This document shows positions 42,972 to 56,098 of a stretch of DNA of 64,000 nt, piece by piece (positions within the stretch are counted from its first letter, which is position 1; every line of letters starts with the position of its first letter). Under the pieces are notes generated by a model. The model ran no database searches. It worked only from the letters and a program-made list of their open reading frames with translations, and was not told the origin of the DNA. The DNA is from Tubiluchus corallicola (Eukaryota > Animalia > Priapulida), in contig JAQGDQ010000122.1 of NCBI GenBank assembly GCA_030141605.1, positions 248,001-312,000 on the forward strand, written 5' to 3'. Made by a program: the position numbers and the translations under genes.

Positions 42972-45900
42972 ATGATCCGAAATAGATTTCAGGTAAGAGC
43001 TAACATTTGATTTGGTACGAGAATTTGACAACTTTTGTAACAGTATAATTTAACGAAAAAATACATTATTTAGAATTTGCTTTTTTTATGCATGGCTAGC
43101 GTTCTAGTAGCTCAACATGATTCTGATTTACTGAGACTAAGTTTTCTAAACGGTTATATCGCATCATGTGCTTTAAATAGTAGTTGGGTTATTTTATTAT
43201 TTCTTTTTTCTTTCTTTATTTAAGTACAGTAGTACCTCTGTTTTCGACCATAATTCGTTTCTAAAAAGTGTTTGAAAACCTGTTTGGTTGAGAACCGAAT
43301 CGTTTGTTCCCATAAGAAATAATGTAAAAGCAAATAATCCGTTCTCAAGCACCAAATGAATTGTAAAGTATTACTAAAACGAAATATAATAATGTAAACT
43401 TTTTATTCAAACAGTAGATATGGATATAATTGATAAGAAAAACATAATAGAATTACTTTGAAAGAAAACATAATTGTTTCTGCATGAAAAAGCAGAGAAA
43501 AGTAGAAAGCACTTAGCGATGTTAGGCGATTCAAATGTTGCGTGTGACTACTCTCGGGCGCGGTCGGTTACGCTCGGCTCTACTCGGCTCGCCGCGCTTG
43601 TGTTCATCACGTGCTTGGCGGTTGGTCGAGTACCGAAATTCTGGTCGAGAGCGGAGACAATTTCAGCTCGAATTTTCTGGTCAAAAACCAATTTGTATGA
43701 ATACGGACACGTTCGACAACGGAGGTATGACCGTATTAGGTATATATAAAACGTATATAATGTATATACATTAGCAAACAGTAAAATTATATAGCCATGT
43801 TCGGGGGACAGTTTTGCCTACGATTTTGTGCCATGGATGACAGCAAGAAACAAAATCTTCTTGAACTCAACAAAGTGCTTCACGAATGTTTCATGACTTC
43901 TGTATAGAGCAAAGGTTCGTCATTTAAAGGAGACAGCAATTAGAAAATTTTTATTAGTTAAATTACATTTCGGCCACATCCATCTACATTAAGTAGCTCT
44001 TGTCCGTTGATTACCGGCTTGCTTTAATTGTAGAAAATTGAAATGTTTATAAAATTGATGGTTGACCCTTATGAGAAATGTGAAAAAGTATTGCAAACTT
44101 CTGTATAACATGTTAACAAGAGTTTGTTTTTATATTAGGTTATCTGCATTCTATTTTGCTTTACGACCATGAGATGCGTGAAAGTGTACGATAATCCACG
44201 TTTTGGAAACCCGTACAATAATTTTAGGCAGCCGTCATCTTGGTCACAGAACCCATATGTTCGTGAACAAGGTAAATTCGCTATTATTTGTCAACGTCTG
44301 TCGATATTCAAGCAAGCACTTGACAGTCAAGCGGAGGCAGACATACAGATAGTCAGACCGTCACTTGTAAAGGTTGGCAGTGGGCTGCATTTGATTTGAT
44401 TTCAATTGTTGGAATCGCTGAAATCCTCACCAATATTCATACAATCAGCTGCTTATTATTGTATTTATATAATTTTTGTAATGTTTTTGTACAACAACAT
44501 GCATCTCTATTCTTGCACAAACAAACAGCTGATTACATTGAAACTGTAAACTGTAACTGCAAATTTCCTCAAACAAAATCAATTTTTGTGATTTAATTAA
44601 ATGCTGCGAAAATTAAATTTTTATTCTAAGATTCAATAAACTACTAGACATGCAATTTTTCGTAAAACCATCAGAATGCCCAGAATTTGTTTAATCAATA
44701 AACTACTAGACATGCAATTTTTCGGAAAACCATTAGAATGTCCAGAATTTGTTTAATCAATAAACTACTAGACATGCAATTTTTCGGAAAACCATTAGAA
44801 TGTCCAGAATTTGTTTAATCAATAAACTACTAGACATGCTATTTTTCGTAAAACCATTAGAATGCCTAGAATTTGTTTAATCAATAAACTACTAGACATG
44901 GTATTTTTCGTAAAACCATTAGAATGCCCGGATTTTGTTTAATCAATAAACTACTAGACATGCAATTTTTCGTAAAACCATCAGAATGCCCAGATTTTGT
45001 TTAATCAATAAACTACTAGACATGCAATTTTTCGTAAAACCATTAGAAAGCCCAGATTTTGTTTAATCAATAAACTACTAGACATGCAATTTTTCGTAAA
45101 ACCATTAGAATGCCTAGATTTAGTTTAATCTATAAATTACTAGACATGCAATTTTTCGTAAAACCATCAGAATGCCCAGATTTTGTTTAAATGAACAAGT
45201 TATTCAATCTACAGTAACTGATTAAAGCAATGACTAGATATTTCGCTATAAAAAGCAGATTGCAAAGATTGGCGGTCCGTTGCCACTTAATAACAGCTCT
45301 TGTGATTCACTTTAGAGTTGAAGATATAATGAAATTAAAGGCTAAATAGTCATAAGGGTCTGCTAGTTGAACTTTTGCTGACTATTATCATGCATCCGTT
45401 TATCTGCCACGCTTTGCTTAATGGTGACTATGAAGTTTAATTCTTCTCCTGTTCCATACGTTTATGTTTTTCAATTTCTGTCTGACCTGCAAGGATTGTC
45501 CCTGGTGAGGATGCCTCTATGAAGCACATGCTGCGTATTGTGATTACTTTTTGCCAAATGTAACTTTTCAAATTTTGCGGAAAATGAATAAATCTGAAAG
45601 AAAAATTTAATAGAAATGTTTAAAAATTCGTAAAAATGCCATCGAGAAACTTTGTGGGTCTGCAGAAAACGAATAATGCGTATATGACGCAAAAATGATG
45701 CTGTTTATAATGTGGTGTCGTTGCTATTTTGTATTTTCATATTAGAAAGTGGCACCTTAGAAAGTGGCGGAAGCATACCAGGAGGTGGGACATTAATATT
45801 TGGTCACGATCAAGACCAAATCGGTGGGGGATTCGACAGTGATCAGAGCTACGTTGGCATGGTAACGGATGTCATCTTGACGACTGATCTTCTAAGCGCA

Positions 45901-47643
45901 TCTGTGATAGGTAAGTAGGAGGATTGCATAGCACTTTGTTTTGGCCTAGTTACATACCAGCAAAAGAAATGCACAATTAATTTTAAAAACCTTCATTATA
46001 CTGTTTGCCGAACTCCATTATGCTAATTTGGACACGTTTGCTAGGACATTGCACCTAGTAAATGCAATGTAGTGCAGGACTGAAAGCGTTGTTGTAAGTT
46101 GCTAATTGTCCTCAGAAAGAAGATTCGTGAAAGGAAGCACTATTTAGAGAAGTGTGTCACTGTAGCGTAACATTCTCAGACAGGCGCAATGACAACACCG
46201 ACCTATTGACCTGGGGGGACGGCACAGCAACTTATTGATTAAGTGCTAAAAACGTTAATTATTGTTTGTAAAAGTGGATCACATCAATAGAAGAATCTAT
46301 GATGACAAGCTTAGAACCGTTCAGTGTAAAATACTTAGCACAGCTGTATGAAATACAAGCGGGAAACTCGATAAAAAACTCCACGATTGAGCACAAAAAA
46401 GCAGCGTATGTTGGTGTCACGTTTTTCTAAAATATGTTAATTATTGCTTGCAAAATAGAACGTTAAATTAAGTATCAAAAACGCAATAAGGTCTATTTTC
46501 ATGCTTGGTCTCATTCCATCGCCGCCAGTTTTTTTTCACCAAACGATTCTAACTTGTTGGCCCCTCAAGCTGCTGGGACTTTTCCATTTGTATATGAAAT
46601 ACAACAATCTTTTGCCAACTATCAATTTTGTGCTAATTGCTATTGAAACTTTTGGCACCTTTGACAATGAAGGTAAAAAATTGCTTAGTACATTATATAA
46701 ACGAATTCAATGCGCCTCGGGAGAGATTACCAAAGAGGTAATGCGATAAGCCTTATAGGAACAATCTCTCCGTCTGAAAAGCTTGAAGCGATTATGGAGT
46801 TCCTTCAATATTAATATTTCGCTTTCTTGACCTCTTACCCATGATTGTAGCAAAAATCTCGATTTTGAGCAGATAATTTCCCGACTAAACATTAATCACT
46901 TGTCTATTTTGCTATTTTTGAAATCAGCTGCTTTTTTACAATGTAATAATACTTGTATATGGTATTTATTATTATATAATTGTACAATTTGTTTTTTATG
47001 CTTTCAATCATTTTGTAGACATCAAAGTTAAATCTACAGTAATCTGTGTTCTGTTGTAATTTGACAAAATTAATTGGCCGTTGTATCTTTTTCGTTTGTT
47101 GTCTTTTTGTCTATTAGAACATTTAGTTACATAACAACTTGAAAAACAGGCAAGAACGATGGTAAGTCAGCTAGCATTCTTTTGCAAAAAAAATTTCCAA
47201 AAATTTTTTGCGAAAAAGTTTCCAAGTGGATAAATGTGAAACTTTAAATCTGCTGAAATAGAATTTTTAATGCAAGCCAAGTTCATTTTTAGTTGAGGTG
47301 TTTACATTAAAGTATGACATGTGCATTTTCAGAGGAAATGTCCACCACTTGCTTCAACATTGATGGCAACCTCGCATCATGGCGGTTGGAAGACCTGACA
47401 TTTGAAGCAAACGCTCACCCGATCTCTCCTAGCACCTGCCCATCTAAAGCACCAAATCCAGAGATATGTCTCCCTACTACACTAACGGAAGAGCAACTTC
47501 AGTTTCTTGAAAATTTAATTACCTATCTCATTCATAATAATGATTTAACAGCTCACCAAATTGTGAAGCTTCTTTATTCAGACAAAAACTTGTATCGGAA
47601 CCTAACCGAATTGGAAAGCAAAATTATTTATTTAGTAAACTAA
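42972..47643 (+). CDS. Pentraxin-like gene A, predicted exons 42972-42992, 44139-44271, 45746-45910, 47333-47643 (209 aa): signal peptide + C-terminal half of a pentraxin domain + helical tail
   Basis: All introns GT-AG with compatible phases (0,1,1); N-terminus MIRNRFQVICILFCFTTMRC is signal-like; IPGGGTLIFGHDQDQIGGGFDSDQSYVGMVTDV matches the pentraxin C-half motif GG.LILGQEQD..GG.F...QSF.G.I.DV. Exons 3-4 are more certain than exons 1-2. Confidence 0.75.
43227..43733. mobile_element. Tigger/pogo-like (Tc1-mariner) MITE in intron 1 of pentraxin gene A
   Basis: Imperfect inverted repeats cagtagtacctctgttttcgacc / gttcgacaacggaggtatgaccg, flanked by TA on both sides. Confidence 0.8.
44633..45190. 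repeat. 62-bp minisatellite, ~9 copies, in intron 2 of pentraxin gene A
   Basis: Unit tcaataaactactagacatgcaatttttcgtaaaaccattagaatgcccagattttgtttaa. Confidence 0.97.
46590..46780 (+). mobile_element. C-terminal fragment of an RLE-type (CRE/R2-superclade) non-LTR retrotransposon
   Basis: KYNNLLPTINFVLIAIETFGTFDNEGKKLLSTLYKRIQCASGE matches the KY..L....F.P.A.ET.G.W...A..L...L..RI...TG terminus. Confidence 0.6.
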
Positions 47644-50166
47644 AACCTATATAATTCTCTAAGTATGTCAATTTATCTGCATTTTTATATTACTTCACAA
47701 GAAAGTTGCTGCATTAATAACCTTGATTTTAGCACGCACTTTAATACTTCTTGTTTAATATAACTGTAAGAAATGTTATACGCACAAATTAGAAAAGCTA
47801 ATTACAGAATCCGTAAATGTAATATTGTAGAATTCACTCTGTATAGTGTCTATGTAAAATTGTGTAATGTTAGTTCAGATATTTTTGCCTGCAAAACGAG
47901 GCTAATAAAAACTTATCATCATCATCATCATCTCTAGGTATATAACGCGAGTAGTTGCTAAATCATTCAACAAGTAAATTGAGTCTCTTTGTAATTTGTG
48001 CCCACGAAATAACAAACTTCACCTTATTACAGTCTGTTTACTGCATAAACGTACAGCCCTAAAATTGTAATTTTATGAGACCTACCTATCAAATAGGCTA
48101 AGCTTAATAATTGGTTTCTTTATTATAGTATGACTTTGTTACCTGTAAAAGTGAATAAATATAGTATCTTTACTAATAAACGTGTAACAAAGTCAGCTGG
48201 TTTATTGGTTTATAGACAATACGGACGACGTAAATTGTAGAGGTAATTATTACTTTCATTACTTTGTGCCCAGTCTATTTAATATCGTGGTGCGCTTATA
48301 GGAGCCTAATGAAGAACTTAAGGGAAAAGAAAGGCGGCATGTGAAGTAGTTTTCAGGAAAGTCGCTTTAAAAATTATATTATTTTATAGCAATTTTATGC
48401 GCATATCATTCTGGGGATGAAAGCATTTTTTGTTTGTCTTCATTTTGTCATATGCGCACACAGTAAATAGGGAACGCAGAATTTATTGGACGATGGTAGC
48501 TGCGTAGACTCTTGATATGGCTTGTGTTGTTTCTGCTGAGTGCCCAACATTTTATTCCCTCCCCCTAATTTATAATCCTTTGATAGTAATTCTTTTTTCT
48601 GCCAGATGAGAACACCGCAGGGAGTAATACGTGACACGTGGCAGCAAATAACTAAAGATTGATTTGAGCTGGTTTAAACTAACTACTTATTATGATGTCC
48701 AACTCGGATTACCCAGGAAAAGTGCGTGCCTCGTACTGTGTTAAAGAAAAGCGAATTTAATCTATAATATTAAGTTTAATATATAATATAAGCTAGTATT
48801 ATTAGAACGTCTGGCTCTTCACTTATAGCTTTCCACAGAAAGTTATGTAACATAGCATTGTTTACCTGCTTGAAAGACTTGTGTAACTAGAAAAGAAAAT
48901 TCTTAGCAATTCAAAATTTTCTCGCACCTGGGAAAATGTGACTGACTCACCTTCCCAGTGTGCACCACTGACGTACCAAAAAACGCAATTTATAGTTTTG
49001 CTTAGTTAATGAAGTGTGCGCTATAATTGCTCTGATTATTTTTTCAAACTTTATGCAAGGTAAGTGTTATCTAAACATGTTTCGAACAATAAGCCATCAA
49101 AATGCTATCGTGGCGAGAGTTTAAATTTTCAAGTTTAGCTGCTAATGCAAGCTTTGTGCGTAATGAGGCTGTGTGTAGGTGATATAGCCTTATATAAGTA
49201 AAGGGTTTTCTTCTGCTTAAAAAGTTTAAAGAAACGGATGAAAACAATTTTTATTGCACTCATAAGTATAAGATGCTATTAATTTTTATTATTTTTTAAT
49301 TACTTTCCTGGAATTAACATTCCTTTATTTAATGCAGGACTAAATTGTAGACTAAAACATCGAGTTAAAGTAAAACAATTTTTTATTAATAAGTTATTGA
49401 GCTAAACGGTAGTTCATTAGTTGCTTAAACACATTTTTTGTGACGTGCACAAAACTCTCTATAAATGTGACATAAAAAAAGTAAGAGTAAGAATTTCTTT
49501 TTACTTAACCCATTAAAAATGATTACGTACGACTATTGTTTGTTTTAAGGCCCAAAAAGTTGATTACAGTAACAAACAAAAAATCAGACAATAAATTAAT
49601 TAGCAGTTACAAAACGGCAATTACAATAGTTTACAGTGCATTAAAAAGAGTAAAACAATGAAACTCAAGATCAGACATTCAAGTAAATCATTATTAACAC
49701 AACAGTTTTTAAGTTTTTATAATTTCCTTGATATAAAATAAAAGCTTGGTAATCAATTTAAAAACAATTTATAAGAATAAAATAATTATTTCTAATCTTT
49801 CATTTAGTAAACCAATGATAAATAACATCAGACTTTCAACTCAAGTGTTTATTAAAGTAACAGTTTTTATAATTTCCTTGTAACAAAAACCTTCCGTAGT
49901 CATAAAACATTAGTCCAATACATTTCTAAATAATGAAGTTAAATTAAGGATATAATAATTAATAAAAATATATTCAGCAAAACATTAAAATAGTATTAAC
50001 AACTTTAAGGTATCAAAGCTTACATTGCAATGCTATAACTGTCCAAACTTATCACGCAGTAACTTACTGTGCTAGTGAATGTACGTTTTAAACAATGGTT
50101 CGTTTTAAATGACAATCTTATGACAATCATTATGACAATGGTCATAAAATTATTATGCTTTACGAC

Positions 50167-51738
50167 TCAATATGTAGGTGTCTTCTTCTTGGGCTTACGC
50201 AAAGTTCTCTCAGCAGAATGAATAGCTAAATCCAGTAGAGTATTGTAGAAATGCTCTGACACAGTGCAAACATTTTTAACTGGAGGCTGAAAACTGGAAC
50301 AATCTGGATCAAAGACTTGTTGCACATTACCTTTAAGTTCCAAACGATAGTCATTGTAAGAGAAGAGGTCTCCTTTGTTTTTACATTCATATCCCATGGG
50401 CACCACTTCTTCGAATGTTAGTTTTTTGGAAAATACGTTAAGATCGGATATATCTCCTTTGAAACTGCTTTGTACGTTAACGTTGTTTTGATTCTGTCCG
50501 AACACTAAACATCCGTCACTCTGGATCTTACCCAGATCAACGTCAAACATTCCAAACGCTACAAAATTGGGATCAGTGCCATCTGGTACGCCTACTGTGG
50601 CCTGCCTACGTACACGTCGAGGTCGTTTACCGTTTACATTTCGCTCAGAATCTTCTGTCCGTGGTCTTCCTAGAACAGGACTTTGGCCAGCTAGCGTTGG
50701 AAAAGGCTGACCTGAGCACTCTGTTGGTAAGTCTTCACTGCAAACATCGCAAACGTCAGGACAACAGACATTGTAAGAAAAGCAATCACTGTCGCAAAAA
50801 CATGCTCCTTCGCTATTTATGTCACCACAATCCTCAGGGCTGCATGTAAGACTATCAATGCGATGAGCATCTACACTTACCCAATAAGTTCTAGTAGTGC
50901 TGTCATAACCAGCGCAGATGTAATGCCAAGAAAAAAACTGCCTAATATGCACTGCTAGTGTGTTAGCTGGTATAGGAACTCCGTTCACGTACAAAGTCAG
51001 GGAATCGTCTTCGAGAGCGAGTCGGAAGGCATCTGGCTTTCTTTGCGTGGCATAAGAAAAGAGCGTTACTTCTGAAGCGTTTCGAGCATCTGCGTGCGGA
51101 TATAACCAAAAGCATATCGTCAAGGCTTCAGTAGGTTTTGTTATAACGTCATTTATCTTTATGTGTTCAGTATCGCTGAACTCCTCAAATACAAACTTTG
51201 TAAATGGTTCCTCTACGTCAAAACAATTTACTTCTTCTTTGATTTTATGCACTAGTTCTACTGGACGACCTCTGTGTTTCTTCAATTGCGCTCGATTGCC
51301 ATACCCACCTTTTACTGAATGAACTCGCAATTATTGATTTTTTGAAACAAAATTTGATGGACAGAAAGCAAATGTAAAAGCTCGGAGCTGAAGGAAGATT
51401 TGAACCAGAAGTCCTTTGGATTTTCATTTTCAACGCACGGTTATGCAATCATGTTCATAACGTCATTAGGCTGGTAGTCCAAAGTTTCTAGTTCAAATCT
51501 AGAATAACTTTTTCTTCATTTCTGTCAATCACGTTTGGTAACAAAAGATCAATAATTACGAGTTCAATTTTTCATTAACCTATTATTTTCAGATTAAAGG
51601 TACAACAAATTAGTGTTCACCTTTAGTTCTGCGTTTGCGAGTACGCTGTTTAGCACCACAAACATCTTCACTAATCAGCACTGCTAAAACAATAACAGCA
51701 ACGACAAAAAAACAAACACGTTGACTATTCAAGAACAT
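50167..51738 (-). CDS. Pentraxin-like gene B, exons 51738-51621 and 51314-50167 (421 aa): signal peptide, basic linker, pentraxin domain with an inserted somatomedin-B-like module
   Basis: Exon 1 MFLNSQRVCFFVVAVIVLAVLISEDVCG ends at a phase-1 donor and joins in frame at cag|TA (51314). Pentraxin motifs: LTICFWL, TLFSYAT, WHYICAGYDS, GCLVFGQNQ, SSFKGDISDLNVF. SMB-like motif: C....CG......CFCDSDCFSYNVCCPD...VC. Confidence 0.9.
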
Positions 51739-52564
51739 CTCGATACTACCGATACTATCTAGCACTCGCCTGAATAGAAGCTGTCCTTTATATACCACTA
51801 TTACATTCGGCATACTTCTGCCAAGGGTTAATGTCCTTTTGGAATAGTGTTTGTCGTCTGGTCCACAGCTTACGGGTTTTAAAACGCCAACAAACTGACC
51901 TCATTAGAGAAATTAGTAGGCACTTAGACATGACAGCATGGCAAAAAACAGTTTAAATTTCAGAAGAATTTTGTCGTCAACGCAACTCCAAGACACCACG
52001 GTTTTAAACTTTTCGAAAAGTAGACGAACAATGTTCACTTTCCAAAGCGCTACCAAGAAACTTGAATAAGCTACGTTCATAAGCAACCTGTTTGATTGAA
52101 ATACGTTTTCCCAACCAATACAGAAAAAGCCAATTGATACGGAAGCCTACATAGACAACATAGACAACACTACGGGCGATAGTTATGAAGTAATTTTTCC
52201 TATTCATTGTCACATACTTTGTCAAAAAATCGAAATAAATAATGGCAAAGCACTTTAATAAACGTATATACAGATAAGACAACATTAAAAAGGTAAAATA
52301 AGATAAAGTGAAATTAGGTAAGAAGTGGCATAATATTGTAATGTAAAGTAAAGTAAATCTAAACAGAGTAAAAAAGTTGAGGTGAGGTATGTCAGGTAAG
52401 GTAAGTTAAAGTAACATAACGTAATGTAACATAAGATAAACGATAAGGGTAAGGTACGGTAATGAAAAAATGGCACAAATGGAAAAGTAGGTAAAAACGG
52501 CACACTTAGTAAAATATGTGTTTAGGGTTCAGGTTACAGTGGGCATAATTATTTTAGTTAATTT

Positions 52565-52705
52565 TACCTCTGCCAAGGAAGTTATGCTTCAACACAGTTT
52601 GTTTGTTTTTTGTCTGTTATGGCAGTAAGTCTGTTGCGCAAAAACCATCTAACAGATTTACAAGAAACTTTGTGACGGCGGGTAGAGAATGCCAAATGGG
52701 AATCC
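52565..52705 (+). mobile_element. Fragment of a common non-autonomous repeat
   Basis: Start tacctctgccaaggaagttatg...gtttgtttgt..gtctgtt...acagatttacaagaaacttt resembles a widespread metazoan interspersed repeat end; recognised from memory only. Confidence 0.4.
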
Positions 52706-55700
52706 TATTGCCGGTTCATTTTTTGCCAAAACTTGATCAAGCACCACGTACAAAAAAAGAACATTCGTGAAGCAGTTCGAGGAGGTATCAGAGGGAGTGA
52801 TTTGTCATCTCCACTCTTTCTTAACTTTTAAGACAGTTCTGATGCCCACTTTTATGTGAAAAGTACAGTAGCGAATAGAACAGATCAGGTCGTACAATTT
52901 GCGTTATCATCATAACTATTACGCATTATAACTAGGAAAAATCAAATATAGTTACACTAACTGTAACAGAACTAATTACAGTAATTGTATATTATGTAGT
53001 TGCTAAATTACAGTTTATCAACCAGAAATACATGCTGCATGGTGGTTGAGAAACAAAGCTTGTGAAACCACGATGAAAAGTGGAAAACAGAGAACAGCAA
53101 AGATAAAGTAATGGAGCTAAGTCGGAGAAACGGAGAAGAGAAACAAAATAGAAGGGAGTTCAGGCAAAATAGAAAGGAGTACAGAATATTATGAATACTA
53201 AAATATTGTGTAAGTCATTTGTTTAACCATTAAAATCTTTTTTTATTAGTAGATTTATTATTCAGGGGTGTTCAGAAGCAAAGAGTAACATTACAGAACA
53301 ATTATATCAAAATATTACTGATCTACCATACCCTAAGGAAAGCCTTTCAGGTGTTTCGCACAGCTTGTAGCCTTGAAGCGTATTGTGAAAGTTATTTATG
53401 AAGTTGAAATTGAACACTTGTAGAAAACAACTAAACACCATATTACATGTTTGCACAAAACTAAAACACTTTTATTGCACTACATAGTTATATGTAACAT
53501 GACTGCTAAACTACACTGAGGACCAGAGTGTCCTGCACTGATCACGAAGAATTAGACAGTGTGTCCCATGAGTTGCACGACTGCACTGCCTGAGACAGAG
53601 AGCGAGTAGAAGTGAAATCCAGCCAGTTTATATAGGTAGAGAACTATGCAAAAACTTGGCTTCACATATCCCATTACAGTAAAAATAGGGGAGATCCAGT
53701 GAGTTTGCATATTCACTGGACCGAACAATTGTACTAGGGGTGAATTTAACTAGTAAAATGTTAAAGTGACTAATCAATAGATGGCAGCACCTAAAATATA
53801 CAGTTACAACTTTCACAGGTATGATCGGAGGACCCACTCACAGAACTCAATCTCTTCCGACAGATTTTGCAGACTTGTTTCTTTCATAGGGATCATCTAA
53901 GCGACCGTTTTATCCTACAGGATAGCTCTAGTGGGCTTGATGCGATGAGGCCCAACGAATTCCCGTGTCATCCAGTTCAATCGAACAAAATTTTTCCAAG
54001 AGTTTTCAAGTTGCTGTTCTTCGCATCCTTCAAGATCGTAGGCTGTGCGAGACGCCTGAGGCTTTCACACTAAACATTGAGGATATGATAGATTCGTAAC
54101 TTTGACGTTAGTTTCAGCTATACTTTAGTGTAATAAATTGTTCTGTACTGTTACTTTATTGTTTTTCTACCCCCTAGAAAAATGTTATGTACCATTCTGT
54201 ACATGTAGCAGCCTATTTCATGTAAATTTAAATTCATTATTGTCAACTGTTTTAACCCTTTTATAATGTTGCTGTTTTCTGAAAAGTGGAAAACTTTGGA
54301 CTGAAATGTTACAGTCAATAAACTAGTACTACTAGCAACTACTAGTAACCAGTAATCATCCCTTTTGGCTCCCCCTATCTGTTGATCAACCTGCTAGTTA
54401 GCCAATGATTAGATATGCAGCAGGTATTAATTAATTATTTATAATTTAGGCAACCAACCAACTATCAGCCCAACTATTTCATCAGCTAGGCAGGTATCAA
54501 TAAATCACATCAAGCGACTAAGCTAAAAGTTGCTGTCATAATTTACTAATCACCAATTCACTTGTCCTCATTCTTAAAAGCATGACTTGTTCATCTATTC
54601 TTGCAATTATTTCCGAAAAAGTGGGCAGGAACTGAGGGCCTTCACCTGCTAATCTGTTTATTTTTTATTTACTAAACAGTTTGTATTTCGAGGATCACGC
54701 TATCAAATTAATTAAATGTATACATTAATAAATTTGGGAAGGTCAGGCGTGTAACACATTCCAATTCTTTTCGTTCTCTGTTTGATCACAGCTTTGTACA
54801 ACTCCAATGTTTCCTGTGCGTGCGTGCGTGCGTGTGTGTGGAGGAGGGTTCTACTTCTTGGTTAACCGTAAGGAGAATTGCGTTTAGGTATTTTTATCTG
54901 TCAACTGCCTCCAGCTAATTACCGCGCTGAGAAGAACCTACACAACTCTGATTGTTGTTAAGATACTTCTGCTGGTTTAGTCTCCTTGGATAGGTACCGA
55001 TCCTACCACAATTATCAAATAACAGCTAGTTTCACATACTGAGTGCAACTTACAGTCTGGTGATCTGTACAAAATGAACATTTCTGTTTTTAATTGTGTA
55101 TTATTTTCTTGTGTTTTCAGCCACGTACAAGCTTTGTGGTCCCGCTTTTGACGTGAAATTTGCTTCACAGCAGAATACGACTTGCATAACTTTAGACGGC
55201 CCGACTGAAGAAATAACACAATTTGCAGTATATCAGTTACCTATAGTTTACACTTAGCCTTCTTTACTTTGTAGTCGGGTACACCTACGACTATAATCGG
55301 CCGACTCGTCAATAGAAATCTGCAACGCAACTTAATTAGTTGAACTTTGACTCACGTCTGATGGGTTGAAAACACATTGACAGCAGCCCCGTTTTTCGTG
55401 ATTGTAACTGTGACTTTCATTTTGAAACTTTTTTGAGTAAAAAATTTTAATCAACTGGTTTGACACTGTAGAAATGTTTGACAAAAACACACTTTTCCAG
55501 GATGAGAGAAGACGTGTAAAATTATTTTTATTATAAATGTAAATAAGTATAAATTAATTTGCAATACGGAAGGACAGACGAGTTACAAATCTTGGAGACT
55601 GACTCCTCCCCCCCCCCCCGTGATTACAAGTAACATTTATTACCAAGCACTGATACTTATTTTTACAATTATTTGCGGTTCTTTCCAACACTTACCGATC

Positions 55701-56098
55701 TTGGTGAAGAGAGTCATTAATCGGTTCAAAGATGGTAGCAGCGTATCACAGTTTTTTGGGGTGTCTGTTACATAACTGACAGACTAAAAAACTAGCTACA
55801 GATCATTCAGAATGATTTTTGTTCATCTTATTAACATCTTATTAGCATTTTCTATATTATGACCAGTATTTTTTACTAATTGTTTTCTTTTCACATGAAC
55901 CTTTCTCTCTGGAACAAAAAATTTCCAACTAATCAACATGTTAACCGGTTTTCTTTCTGTTGAAATTGTGTCATTCAAGCTCATTGGTTTATCACATTTT
56001 GGTCCCGTAAGGCAAATGTCACTTGAGAAGATTGGTTGCTATGAAAACTTGCTGGTTATTTACATAACCCATTATTAATTTTGCACTAACTGTTGCAG

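Noticed and set aside
53820-54073. GC-richer segment as a 5' exon of pentraxin locus C
   Set aside because: No pentraxin or signal-peptide motif in any frame, and stops in the plausible frames
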